Shown in pieces: positions 36,588 through 50,223 of a stretch of 64,000 bases of DNA. The position numbers and the translations under genes were made by a program. Position 1 is the first letter of the stretch; every line of letters begins with the position of its first letter. Origin of the DNA: Bugula neritina (Eukaryota; Animalia; Bryozoa). The notes beneath the pieces are model-generated. The model was not told the origin of the DNA, did not search any database, and worked only from the letters and a program-made list of their open reading frames with translations. Location: assembly GCA_964035545.1 (NCBI GenBank), contig OZ037765.1, positions 24,737,504-24,801,503 of the forward strand, written 5' to 3'.

Positions 36588-39543
36588 ATTTATTTCCCAC
36601 TCTTCAGAATGTAAAAAAAATATCTCGTATAATCTGAGAATCTAAGGACTATTATTTTAGTGTAAAAGCTGTCTGCTGCAAATCATAGTTTTATCTAATT
36701 AAGATTTTGATGAGTTCCGCAAGCTCATCATATAAGCTAGTAAAGGGGGTCATTGAAATATATTAATTCACTTTAAGTTATTAATTTTTAAATAAACATG
36801 GTTAGCTAATAAAATGTTTTGTTCAAAACAAGCTTAAAAATTATTTATTGCTTGAAAAGCATGATTTATTGAGCAGTATTTTGATTTATTTATGCATACT
36901 GTTTTTGTGGCTTGGCTTTATACCTCTTGATCGTACTAACATGATGCATATAAATCACTTTATATGGCATCTGTTTGGGAGTTGTCTTCTCATCACAAGG
37001 AGTAGCAATGAGGACATAATTATAATCTCCTTATAATTCATTACTGCTTTATAACTACAGTTCATGGTAAATGTGCCACAATTATTTTGGAATTTAGCTC
37101 AAATTTCCAAGATTTAAAGTATTATGGAAGTTCAGAACAATCCCAATGATGTAATACGAATATTATAACTTGAGGTTAGAAAAAAGTACTAGAAATATGC
37201 CTAACATTATGATGATAAATTAGGACATTATTTAGCATTAAAGCAAAGAAAATTCTGATGAGAATTTAAAACAAATGACATTAATCACAATGAGATTTGC
37301 CAGTAAGGCTCATGGCAACTGAAAACAACATCTATATAATTAAATTGCTCTTTTCCTCAATAATACATATATATATATATATATATATACTGCATAGGTG
37401 AAGTGTGCCAGGGATTCTTTAAATAACTATCTTTTGCATGTTATAATAACATTTTGTTGAATTTTGAAAAGATTGTTAAAGTTAAAAACAAGATTGCTTT
37501 ATTTTATAACCAGACAACTTTTCACACTGCAAAGCCTTGCTACCAAATACATTTCTTGAACTGAAAAGGTGATAATGTAGTGAGCTGCACACACAGTCTA
37601 GCAGGGGAACTTGCATGAAGCAATGCATGGATAGTTTGTTCTAAAAGCCTGAGTTATTTATTAGTTTTTTCCAGTATTCCATGCACTGGCTCATGAGCAT
37701 GTTCCATTGATAGATTATACCGTACTTATTTCTAGAGTAACATTAAGAGTTTGAAACAGCACAACTTGGTAAAAAGCAAGTTGCACTGTTTTAAATTATC
37801 ATGTGAGATTGCAGTATTTCGCAACACCATTGCAATGACTCTGTGGCAATGTGCCTGTAAACCTCAATGCCATTTACTACTTATCGCTAGTTGTGCAATG
37901 CTTGGGGTGGTGATATCATCTTAATAGATAAAGGATGAATAGCTTATCAGTATGTGTGATAGATAACATAGCCTTCATCTATTTTTAAAGCAAAGAGGAT
38001 CATGTGATACTGACACTAAAGCCCTCATCACATGAACACTATTTAGTATCTTTAATATTCATAATCATATTCTTATAGTAAAATGATCAGTATTTTTTCA
38101 GCACACTATAATAATTCACATATATGCGCAGTTTGTAGTTATTTATATGTTTTTGTCCTTCTGTATCTTTTCAATGTAAATTTATGTTTATTTTTATTTT
38201 TACACAAACATAAGATTTTAAGGTACCTCTTGGTGCATTTGAAAAAGAAAACTTCCCATTTTATTTATAGGCTATATATACATGTAATAGTGTTATCAAT
38301 TGATCACATGCTTGGTTGTGATTAGCTTCACCATGTCACTAAGCATGGGGCTGCAGTTTAACAGGTAAAGAGCTTTACCTGCTTGCTTACTAATCTTTAA
38401 TAGCACAACATTATACTAATAAACAGTTGTTGGGCCGATTGTTAGGCTTGTGGCATCTATGTGATGACCTTTCAACTTTAAACATTTGTGGGGGAGGGAC
38501 ATGGGCACACTAACCCTATCATTCTGTTTCAGTACAATCAGCTTTAGTTGAATTTCTATGTGTTCGGTACATTTCTAGGATTAACTATGTATATAAATCT
38601 TGTATTTTGCAGAGCGATATATGTGCCCTTAACTCTTTGGTATTTTGTCAAAATACATTCTAAAAATATGATCTCATGTGACCTTTAAACCTTGTTTGTC
38701 CATGTATAATATTGTATGCAATATGATGGTTTTAAATATCTATAACATTATGTTCACCAATAACTGCCCACGGTTATACCATTATGCTTATTAACAATCC
38801 ATTCTTAGTAGGTTTTGAATTTCTTAAAAGTACTCCATTTAATATCATACTTTAAATATTCTCGACATTAGTGGTGTAACAGAACACATGGTGAGATCAA
38901 GATTTCTTGTATGCTACCACTTTGAGGTACATTGCTACCATAGTATAACACATCTGAATACATTTTCCTTTACATGCAGGAGTTGTGATCACAAAATATT
39001 AAATCTATACTATTATGCTGAAGCTATGAAAATAATTAGTAATAATGTTTTTTTTATAATCAAGGGCTAGAAGTGTGATTTTTTAATGTTGGCAGTTCTA
39101 AGGAACTATTGGTTACCCAGCATATTGCTGAATCCTGTCAAAATATTTGTCACATAAGTATTAATAATCATTTCCTGTGAACTGCCTTTGCAATTAACTG
39201 CTGTATTTCATGATAAACTTTTGTATATATAATTATACGCATGTTTGATTGTACAGCTCATTACTCCTTATTTGGAAACATATTTATAAACAGGCTCAGC
39301 TAGTTGAATGTAACATCTTATGAATGCTCAAATAACTCCTAATAGTATAACAGAAACTTTATTAAAAAAATCAGCAAAGTAGAAAAAATATAATGCATAA
39401 CTTGAATGAGAATTTGGAACAATATTATTTGAAATTAAAACATAAAATTGATTGTATTATTTATAGAATCAAGTTTGTCAGACTTAAGGCAGTCAAATAT
39501 CCACTGCATAGTTATATTAATATATTGGCCAGCAATTTGTAGA

Positions 39544-41307
39544 TTATTTCTGTTCTGATGAATTATACTGAGGATAAGTAGTACCATTATAACTCGGAGG
39601 AGCGGCTGGGCCTCCAGGGTAGGTTGGTGGTGGTGGATAATTGGTGGATGAAGGAGGGGGGTAACTAGCAGGGGGCGGAGGGGGATAGTTAACGGTTGTT
39701 ACACTTCCGTAATTTGTCTGATATGGAGCAGGTCCAGTTGGGTAGGTTGTTCCAGCTATAAAAGTTAAGCATACAGAATACAGGATATTGCAGTAAGCAA
39801 CAAAGAATTAATTGCTCTAGAATTGTGCAAAATTTCCATTATGTATTCCAATATGATTTCTAAAATAAAAACGAAGAGCACATTCGCACAACATTGTGTA
39901 AAAATTGTTGCCTTATATATAGCACTTTGTAGACTGTACAGAGATGGTAGGAGAAAAACGAGCACTGAAGTGAAAATTATATAATCTTACAAGTTGCGAT
40001 TATAACTCGTCTTCTATAGTATCTACGTCCTCTGACAACAGACAGTATTACCACAAGAACCACAAATACAAAACAGCCAACAGTTATTCCAACAATTTCT
40101 CCGACATTAGTGCTGTACAAGTCATCTAAAATCATAAATTATCTGTAAACATGTTTACAGTCTTATATGGGGAGAAAATTAGCATTGCATAGTAAATACA
40201 CCTTAGTTTGTCTAAAATCAAAAGTGAGTAAATTAGCTTGATCACAATTCACTTTGGCAAATCTGAAAACCAAATAACTTATTATGTGTAATATAAGATC
40301 ATAAGATTATGATGAGTGGTGTGACATATATATCTGTTATGTACAATACTTCATATAATGTTAAGTAGTAGAGACTAGAGAGAGTGTTAATTTATGACTA
40401 AGAAATGTTATATTTGGAAGGTTAATATTGAGTGAATGGAACCAGTAAGCCATAGCCCTTCTATATACTTGGTAGCAGCAATACTTACCATAGTTGGTTA
40501 CAACAAGTGTGAAGTCAAAGTTGACAGATTTGCCATAGTTTACCAGTTCTACCGTAATGTATTCATCATGTGTGTGCTGGTAGGCTGTAGGTAGGTAGTC
40601 TGGGTATGAATATGAAGCCTTCAACAAAACAAAACATAGCACGTCAGCATTTGAAGTCTAACAGCTAAGAATATAACGGCACCTAATCAGCTACACTATG
40701 AAGCATAGCCTGAATTGCTAAACAATGTACAAAATTATATTTTTTATAAAATCAACCAAGGCAGAGGAGAAAATTTAAAACTTAAACCCAATTATTCAGC
40801 TGCCTACTTAACAGAAGTTTATTTCTTCCATTACGCTGAATTTTTAGCCTACATTCACCTTGTCTAAGATGTTCTCCATAACTTTTACAAACAGAAAAGG
40901 GCTTAGTTCTCTTGTGAATAATGTGAACTAGCTTATATTTATTTACTTACCAATGTGGTACCATAAGTTGTCTGTCCCGAGTAAATATTCAATTTAGCAC
41001 CTCCACTTCCTATAAAATCTGAGCTGGATAAAAATTTAAACCGCATCCCATAAGCTCCAGTAGAAGCAATAACAAGAGAGCATGAGGAGCCAAGTGGAAT
41101 TTTGCTGGATGAAGAAGTCCATGCATTCACATAGACTTTATCACTAAAGGAGCTCAAATATTCAGTATTGTAACCAAAGGTAGTGCATTGGAAACGGTTG
41201 TCCAGATAGTAATTGTTGTAGCTTGAGCTCAACTGACGCGGTGTTGTTGTTGAGCAGTTAGCCACCACACAAATGGCCAACAGCAAAATAGTAGCTTTTG
41301 TAAACAT
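39544..41307 (-). CDS. Single-pass type I membrane protein: signal peptide, CUB-like ectodomain, TM, Pro/Tyr-rich tail with PPxY motifs
   Basis: MFTKATILLLAICVVANCS; CUB-like (GSSCSLVIAS...MRFKF...AKLNIYSG|...YITVELVNY...FDFTLVVTNY); TM IVGITVGCFVFVVLVVILSVV followed by RGRRYYRRR; tail ...NYPPPPTYPGGPAAPPSYNGTTYPQYNSSEQK* (stop 39546-39544). Four coding exons about 41307-40951, 40618-40488, 40125-39991, 39756-39544. Confidence 0.8.
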
Positions 41308-41659
41308 GTTAGTATTGTCTACAGAGAGCTTGTATACCGTTCAATATCAAACTTCTAAAATTAGAAAATAGGATTTTTATTCAACTCAAGCCTGAAACAG
41401 AAATGATAAATTTAAATGCTCATACTGTCTATAACCATTATCACAAAGGTAAAACTGTATAGCTCTTAGTAAAAATTAGATTCAGTAACATCAAATTCAA
41501 AAAACTATGTTTCAGAGAGCAAATATCTAAAAAATATTGAGTAGTATTTATATTTCCAAAGACATATTATCATTATACATGAAAGTTATAAGAATAAATA
41601 TTCTATTTCTATAGGTATGGGAAACTTAGTTTACAGTTTTTGTGTCATAAAAAGTATTA

Positions 41660-42110
41660 TACTTATTTATATTATTATTACAGCAATGCTATTACTGTTA
41701 GTATTAGTGCCTGTAAAATACTGTAACACATGGATTACTAATAGTAATATTATTAATACAGAAACTTTACACTTGATAATTCAAATAATTTATATTAAAT
41801 AATTATTGGACTTGGTGAATAGCAAATAAAAAATAAAGTTAGTGCTATTATTACCACTGGTATTAGTATTACTTTAGGCTGTAGCCATAGCCATAGTGAT
41901 AGAGTTAGACTGATAGTGATACTCATACTGATAGTGATAGAGTATTAACTATTATTACTTACACTTATAGTATTAGTATACCTGTATAGTTATACTTATA
42001 GTTATAGTCATACTGATATTCATAGTCATAATGACTATCGTGAGTCTATTAGTGTATAACTCAAGTTATTATACTAATACTGGATCTGGTTCTCGTACTT
42101 ATAGCACCGT
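41660..42110. repeat. Promoter-proximal degenerate hexamer-periodic tract (CUB gene leader intron)
   Basis: gatagtgatactcatactgatagtgatag..., ttatagttatagtcatactgatattcatagtcata... Confidence 0.75.
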
Positions 42111-42551
42111 GATACACATGATAACCATTTAGCACATAGTGATAGTTCAGTGATGTCCTACAGCTACTGTGACCAACAGGGAAATATTTGTACATTTCGG
42201 AAAGCGCTCGAAACAGCACGGAGTTGGGAGTGACCGGTTTTAGAGTTCGAAAGTGAGAGTTTGAACAACAGCGTGTAAACGAATACTGCTTTCAGTAACC
42301 CCTAATTCGGTGCTTTTTCTAGCGAAAAATTCAGATTTCACAAACACAAAATTCTCGATAATATAAATCTAATTTATAGTTCCGCGTTGTTTATATCTCC
42401 AAATGTAGCACAACTCCAATGTAGCAAATCTTATTTTAACCTAAGCAAAAGATGTGAGCAAGCAGTTGTTGTCTTAATAAAAATATAACTTTTTAAATAT
42501 GAGATACGTAAGCAGAATGCCAAAATTAACATATCTACAGGGCTTATAAAC

Positions 42552-42572
42552 TATATATATACATATATATAC

Positions 42573-42605
<33 letters not shown>

Positions 42606-42647
42606 CATATATATACATACACATATATATATATATATATATATATA
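42552..42647. repeat. (TA)n/(TACA) microsatellite
   Basis: Visible dinucleotide run; a shorter (TA)n lies at about 37367-37389. Confidence 0.95.
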
Positions 42648-43898
42648 ATCACTACCTTTTAACCATACCAATTGGCTAGGTTGAAGTTAGATGGACAAAG
42701 TAAGTAGTAACACAAGCATATATAAACTTAAGTATTTATAAATAATTACACAATATTACAATTAAGCTCTCCCATATGTAATTTGGTTCTATGTATTTGT
42801 TTCTTTTCATTTTACCAATTTCTCATTGAGCTCGTTTAGGGCCAGGAGTTACATGTACATAATACGTCACCCTGGTATAGGGAGCAGATCTGTCAAGTAC
42901 ATTTGGTGTCCTAGTGCATGAACTATGCTAAGGTTGCGCTTAATAAGCTTAAGATGAGGCAAATTGAACTTTAGGCACCTTAAAAACAAACACTTTCTCT
43001 TTAAAACTTGACTCTACTGGATTTCCAAAGGTTCCAGTGCAAAACCATCGAATTTCTCATATGCTGGATTATTGCTAATGGCTCCTTTGCTAGCTAACAA
43101 TATTACACCTACTTATGGCCTTTGAAAGCTTCCTTGAACATGGTTGCAATATGTGTTCCTGGCTACCCTTAAGCCTGTGCTTTGCTCTGATGACTTACAC
43201 GTTACACCATAATAATTATTATGCTAGGTTAAGGGCATGGGTTATTACTCATTTTGACCTCTCAAAACACAGGTGTATGATGTCATTCTTTATATTTATC
43301 AAATCTGCACAGTGCATACATACCTACACATCTCTGGTATGATAACCATACCTGCATCCCACTCCCTCCACTCTAGACTTGGGCAATTGTTTCCACCTCC
43401 CGAGTCCTTTGTTGCATGTCTCAATAAAATAGGTAAGTTCCTTTCCCCTGATTTTGAGTTTTTCCAATACCGGATTCCAAGTTTCTGTACAAGTGTGGAA
43501 ATTGTTGCAAATCGTAGTATAATCCATGGCAAATCTGGTAAGTATTAAAAATTTTTAATCCAGTTTAATAAAAAACAAATTTTTACCACACCTAATGTGT
43601 TATAGCATGCATTATCAGTGGACCAAGCAAGCACTACCTTTATGTAACGGGAAATGCTGTAATCCTTGCTGAGCATGTACGAAGTGTTTTTCTTGCGGTG
43701 TACTCAGATTTTGCCAAATGTAGCAGCCATTAAGCTTCACAATAGGAATTTAGTACTTGCCAATATTAAAATGTGCTATTTGCATGGTACTGTAAGCCCT
43801 GATTAGAATATGAATAATAAAATAAACTAGTTACATTTCCTTTACAGACAGTTACATATTATATATGGATTTTTTATGTTGGAAAAGAGCAGAGAATT

Positions 43899-43975
43899 GT
43901 TTTATAGTTTTCATACCAACTTCGAATTTTTCAAGTATGTTGAAAAATTCGCAGTTGGTATGAAAACTATAAAAC
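43899..43975. repeat. Near-perfect 36-bp hairpin (1 mismatch, 5-nt loop) downstream of the NGRN stop
   Basis: gttttatagttttcataccaact-t-cgaatttttcaa [gtatg] ttgaaaaattcg-c-agttggtatgaaaactataaaac. Confidence 0.9.
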
Positions 43976-44401
43976 TTGCATTCAGATCTGTCATGTAGTC
44001 ATACAGTAATTCTGGCATTTTCCAAAAATAAAAAGATTTGAGTATCATATCATAGTTATATATTATATTTTAATAACTAGACTTCCAAAAATTATAACTT
44101 TTATATAAACTACATCTCCTAAATAAAAGTAGTTTAAAGCAAACCGGTTTGCCATCAGACTTTTACCTGATTTAACAATATAGTGATGCAAACAACATTT
44201 TTAATATTAATGCAGCTAAATTTAGACTATGGTGTATTTTTTCAATCATGGTTGTTGAGAAGCACACTTTTCTAAATTTAAAAGAAAACATTGTCTCCAA
44301 AATAGCACCGTAACACTTGGGGGATTAGAAGAGCCAGAAAATTTTACAGAATTGATAAAAACTGACTTATATTACTTCATCTCATTATTAATAACCAAAT
44401 G

Positions 44402-47400
44402 CTATGGAACTTTAAACACTAAATCATCATTTTCATCAACAAACTCTTTGCCCCTTTGGCTTAACAAATTCGAATTACATTTTATATCTTCTGTATAGTG
44501 AGAGTCTCTGTCAACACCATATTCCTTTTCAAAAGCCATGGAGTCTTCATCGTACAACTGGCCAGAAGTTGAATCATTACTCATTTTCAAGTAGCGCTTT
44601 TTAACAGCTTCTAATATCTTTTCAACATCTGTTGATGGATCATCATTCACTGATGACTGACTCTTTCCATCTTTCAACACCTTCTGGTTAGTTGCTCTAC
44701 TAGATGACTGGGAGGGTATGCTAGGATTACCATGTTTCAGCAATAGACGAGACATTTTACCCAACTCTGCTGGTTGTCTATGAGCTACAAAATATATGCA
44801 TCCAAAATAGCCTTTGCAGTACAGCTATCTGGTTCATAACATCATCTAACTTTCAAGCAATAAAAGTTTGAGCCTGCAGAATTTAGGTTGTCCAACAATT
44901 ACATGTTCAACAATTGAGTGAACTAATTGCTGGTTTCCAATTAATTTTGAAACCTGCAGAACATTTCAGCAAAACACTTTTAAATAATTACAATACAAAT
45001 TAAATCATCACTTGGAAATACAAAGCTAGTCTGTATAGCTTATTTCAGTTTAGGTTTTGAATAAATGAGTAAAATGCAGCTTCCCAGGTAGATCATGTTC
45101 ACCTCATGTTTCTTTTTTACCTAATGCAGGTGCAGCATCTTATCACAGGCTTAAAACTATCCTTTTGGAGAAATAAGATTCAATCTCAAACTTGGACAGT
45201 AGTGAAACTGTCTTGTAATACATAACCTCAGACTAAGAAATTAACCAATTAGTGACTAGCTACAAAATTTAAATTTTCACTAATAACTTTTAAAAAATAA
45301 GATTATTTTAGTCCACTCAACATATTTACAGAGTGCAGACCTGCTACTCACTTAAATATTCATTGATTTATTCTTAAACAATTTATCTGTAGTATCTAGA
45401 AGTTTAAGACACATCTTTAAAAAACTAGAGATAAATCATTATTGAAAACCTATAAATGTAAACAGGGATGGGTGAATTTACCTAGCTCATGTAGTGTAGG
45501 TGAGCCCAGCTCAGGTATATCTGTTACTCCGGCTGCGTTATGCAGTAACTCTATCTGCTTGCTATCTAAGAAACAGATTCATGAAGTTATAGGTAAAAAA
45601 TATTAGTCTATATATGTGCTTTCTAAATATTCAGGTACAAGATAGGTATAGGAAATGATTGAAGCTTAATTGCAGACAGGAATTGGTAGAGGCTGTTGAC
45701 TCTAGACGCTAGTCACGGGGCGGCTAGTGCAATAAATCTAACCTATCAATCCATCTAAAGTTTGCTTCAGGGGTGGCGGCAGGGTTTCAGTAGGTTCTAA
45801 AAGCTTTCTCCATTTCTTGAAAACAAGCTCATCATGCCTTTGAATGTCAGCTTTATTCTTTTTCAGAGCTTTATTTTTTAATAAAGACTTTAGTTCCTAC
45901 AATGTTGAGCATACACCATCAGTTAACTTGATGTTTCATTGCTGCAACTCATTATGTGTCCAGTTTATGTTTGTGGCTCATAATGACTAATACTGCTGCC
46001 TACAAAACATTTAATCTCTAAAACCCAATAAAGTTTTATGCTACTAGAGAAATGAGCAACTGCAAGGGTATCAATTTTTTAAAAGGCACTACGTTTAAAA
46101 AACTATATTCATCAAAAATAAAGTGACTAAAACCTGCTCCACTTCTATACAATCTCAAAAGATATTCAAATAAATATTTTAAATTAAGTTTTCAAACATC
46201 CCATTTATTTCTTGAAGACTAAATAAAACTTTCAGCTCATATAAACCCACCGCTCTAAAACTGGTAACGTCTGAATTGAAAAAACAACTAGTAAAAATAA
46301 AGTGCTCGTACCTTTTCACATATAGGAAACCTCTCCATAATAGATTCCAAAGTCTCTTCATTAGGCGAGGTCGAGTACATGTATCGAATCTGCTCTTTGG
46401 CCCGCCAGGTAAGAATATTTGCAGAAGAAAGAGGTCTAAAGTGCTTTCTTTCTATAGTCTTGTGCTTAACAATTTTCTTTGATAACAACTTCTGCCTGTA
46501 CAACAAAGCTGTTCAGGAGAGAGTGTTGACTAAGTTTATGCATGTTGTATGTCACTGCATAGTACATTGCGGTTCATATTAATAGTACTTAGCAGCTGTT
46601 TCTACCATAAAAACTATGTTGAAATATATATAAATTCTCTGCAAGGTGTGTTAGATAGAAAAGTTTAAAGAATGCATCGAATAAAAAAAAATATTGGAAG
46701 ACCTTTAAAGCATAATGCATTAAAATTCAATGATAAAATAAGTCAATCTGTGATGACAAATGTCAAAAATATTAAATTTAACAATAGAGAAGAAAAAATA
46801 ATATTCATCAATTGAGTAGAATGACAATTTTCACCAACCAAGTGCAAAATGGCATCTTTTTAATGATGATGCATAGATATTGCAAACATATATCTAAACA
46901 TGTCTAAATTTTCAAAAGCATCAAGTTACCTCATCTCTTCATTGAATTTAGAACGCTGAGCAGTTAAGTCCGACTGCACAAACTCTTCAAAATCACTTGG
47001 TTTCAAATCAGAGTCTTCTGGAACCCATTCAATGCTTTCATCGTCTGGTGAAAAGGCAAATCTTTTATTTATGTTCCGCCTGGAACTGAGGGCAGTTGTA
47101 GCATGATAGGCAGCTTCAGATGGTCTGTGCAATTAGAGGAATAAAGTTAACAGCAAAAAGCAACTTTTTTTGCAAGGAAACCAAATTTTTTCTAGCACGA
47201 TTAAACAGCTTGAGCCTCACTAATTCTAGCCTGCATAATGTTCTGTACACCAAATACATATATTTATCGGTATGTTACAGAAAATTTGATTTGCATTACA
47301 AAGCATCATTCAAATATGGCTTTTGCTTTCTACAATAGAAAAGTCCATTTTTGAAGCACCTACATCCATGCAAAATAGATTAAGAAAACTCATGCTTTCC

Positions 47401-47552
47401 AATATAAATAAGAGATAGTTGGGAGAAAATACATTGAAAGAAATAGTAGGTTGAAAGCACAATAAAACTTACCTGAACAACTTTTCAACAAGAGATTGGT
47501 GAAGTACGGTTCTTAGAATGCAACACTTTGACAGAAAGTGAACAACAACCAT
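44402..47552 (-). CDS. NGRN: Neugrin-like mitochondrial ribosome biogenesis factor
   Basis: Basic/hydroxylated N-terminus MVVVHFLSKCCILRTVLHQSLVEKLFR|PSEAAY (mitochondrial targeting-like); conserved core ILTWRAKEQIRYMYSTSPNEETLESIMERFPICEK|ELKSLLKNK...IQRHDELVFKKW matching neugrin LTWEAMEQIRYL...; six coding exons; stop TAG 44404-44402. Confidence 0.8.
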
Positions 47553-48956
47553 ATTTCCTGCAACAGACGAGGCACACCGGACGATGTCACTCTAAGCTCA
47601 GTTTAAATCAGCTGCAGAAGAAAATACCCAATATAGAAAAAGTACAATCAATTCACATTTAGATTGTATTTGAGTAGATGTAATATAATAGCATGAACTA
47701 TCAATTTGTTTATAACCTCAATGCCAATAAATTTTAAGAATAGAATAATGTACAAAAAATTCTTTTAATCATAATGGTGATAATAGAAAGCTACAAATGA
47801 CATCAACATAAAACATTGTAAATAAAAACAGAAACTAAGCAAACTAGTGAAAAGAGTAAATATTTCATGTGTCCTTTGGAGTTGCATAGAGGAATGAAGT
47901 GATTTAGGAGATGAGGCAGTGGAAGTATTATCAGATGCCCATCCTAAGATGGACTAATATGAAAGTTAAATGCTTGACATATAAATAACACACAATAAGT
48001 GACTCGTGCCATTACAGTCAATTAAACCTGCAGCTGCAGTGATACACTTAAAATTGATGCTTGCAACCTGCAAACAGATGTTAAGTTAAAGGCAAATCTG
48101 CTTAAAGCCGCATTTACACAACTTTGATCACTTGCACCTACCAAATCATTTGCTTTGGCCTTACAAAATATGACTTTAAAAAACCTAATATTCTATTAAT
48201 TTACCCTAAAGGCTTAATAATAAATTGACACTGATCTTGCTGCAACTTTAAGTTTCTTATAATAGAGTTTTTGTTTTATATTATATACAGAAGTACACAA
48301 CTCCATCGCAACTAAATATGACGCAATGAATTTAGGAGAAATGAGCTAATGGAGCTTGACACAAAACAAAAATTAGTCTATAGCAGTCAGCAACATATTA
48401 AAACATTGTCACAAGTAATTTGAACATGAAATGTTTAGTGCCGGAACCTTTACATCGCAAATATCAACTGCAAGATTAGGCGAATTTTTAATATTAAAGT
48501 ATTTGATGATTCGTTACTTTGTCAGTAAAATGAGTTTAATGTCAACATGAATATAGCTAAAACTTCAGGTATTTTACTTATGCTCTGCAAATTTTAAATC
48601 AATACCATTGTTAAAACTTAAACAAACATTATGATTATCAAACATAAATGTATGCCCGCCCCCTCCTAGACTCGAGTGATCCAGAAACAAGTGCAATCAC
48701 ATTACCATACTGATACTTCACTGATACTGCAACCTAAATCTATCACTATGACTATGAATGATGAGCAGTATTACTATAAGCATTGAGCATAGCCATATGC
48801 GTAATACCAACACTATTTCAGTATTTGAGTAACACTAATAGTAATAGAAATACTAATAGTAATAGTAATACTATGAGTTTGTATAATACTAATAGTAATA
48901 TAAATGTTGAGCAGTCATTACTCTTACTGATACTTATAGTCCTACTCATACTGTTA

Positions 48957-50223
48957 ACTCAGCTGTGCTCAACATACCATGACATTGCCAAAGCGCACGA
49001 CCAATCACAAGACACACATGCAATTGTTCTAGACTTTAAAAAAGCATTTGACAAAGTCCCCCATTCCCTACTGCTACTGAAACTACGTCGCATTCCAGAA
49101 GTTAACCCACAGATTATAAATTGGATTCAAGATTTCATCACCAACAGAAAACAGAGAGTTGTAATCAAAGGCTCATGCTCAACTGAGCTCCCAGTAACAT
49201 CGGGCGTCCCCCAAGGATCTGTACTAGGACCCACACTATTCTTGGTTTATATTAACGATTTACCAAGTTATGTCAATTGTTGTGTCAGTCTTTATGCAGA
49301 TGACACCCTGTTGTACCAAAGAGTAAACTCAGAAGCAGATGCTGCAGACTTCCAGGTCAATATCGATGCAGTATATAACTGGTCCCAACAGTGGAAGATG
49401 CCTTTTAATGAAAGTAAATGCCATGCTATATCATTTGGTCGCCAAACAAGCCTTCCATCTTATAGGCTTGGGAGTACACCTGTCCAATGGACTGAAGAGA
49501 CCAAGTATCTCGGTGTGACCATGCAGAGTAATCTAAAATTTGACAAACACATTGTGCTGAAATCACAAAAAGCTAGCAGAGTCCTAGGAGCAATAAAGTT
49601 TGCTCTCCATGATGCTCCAAAAAATGGCAAACTCTTGGCTTACACCAGCCTCTGCCGTCTATTGTTGGAGTATGCAGATACCCTCTGGGATCCTTATTTA
49701 AAAACCACCATACATAATATAGAAATGGTTCAGAATCGTGCTGTGAGGTTCATATCAGGTCTCAAGGGGCGAGAGAGTGTTAGTGACGCTCGATGCGAAC
49801 TGGGTCTACTACCATTGCAAACGAGGCGTAAAAATCATAGACTCACACTATTGACACGTATTCTACAGTCTGAAGCCACGCACAGTACACTTTCATCAGA
49901 CTATGATGAGGTTGTGGAAAATCGCTCTCTCATGTCCGTAACTACGAGATCAGCAACCCAAGGTTTACCCAACTCCATTTCTTCTCACTCTAGCTGTTAC
50001 CATCAAAGTTTCTTACCAAGAACGATACGCGACATGAGAGGATTTACCTAGCTTTCCTATCAATTTTCTTTTTAAACATCACTATCTAAATTGAATAATA
50101 TCAGCGGTAATGCGGAAGCACTAAAAAAAAAAACGGAACACTCACCGTCACACACATGAGGCGCTCTACTAACGTCATATGATGGTCAAGAGCGTTCTAC
50201 CTCATCAGAGGTAATCAGAGGTA
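48957..50223 (+). mobile_element. 5'-truncated non-LTR retrotransposon (CR1/L2-group LINE) with uninterrupted RT C-terminal ORF
   Basis: Starts at TQL (of the CETQL motif); LDFKKAFDKVPH, SGVPQGSVLGPTLFLVYINDL, YADD, KYLGV; stop at 50051; 3' UTR stem-loop (cgctct/agagcg); tail (ATCAGAGGTA)2; 7-bp TSD ACTGTTA at 48950-48956 and 50224-50230. Confidence 0.93.

Noticed and set aside
47865-47960. Possible H/ACA snoRNA 3' hairpin (AUAUUA...gtcc/ggac-ACA) on the minus strand upstream of the NGRN CDS
   Set aside because: Hairpin is long and irregular, no convincing 5' hairpin, and such short boxes are common in AT-rich DNA.
48783-48956. Apparent N-terminal extension (NTNSN repeats and Leu-rich TM-like stretch) on the 422-aa RT ORF, suggesting a membrane-anchored domesticated RT
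   Set aside because: It lies outside the TSD, derives from the flanking hexamer tract and starts at a TTG; the element begins at 48957.
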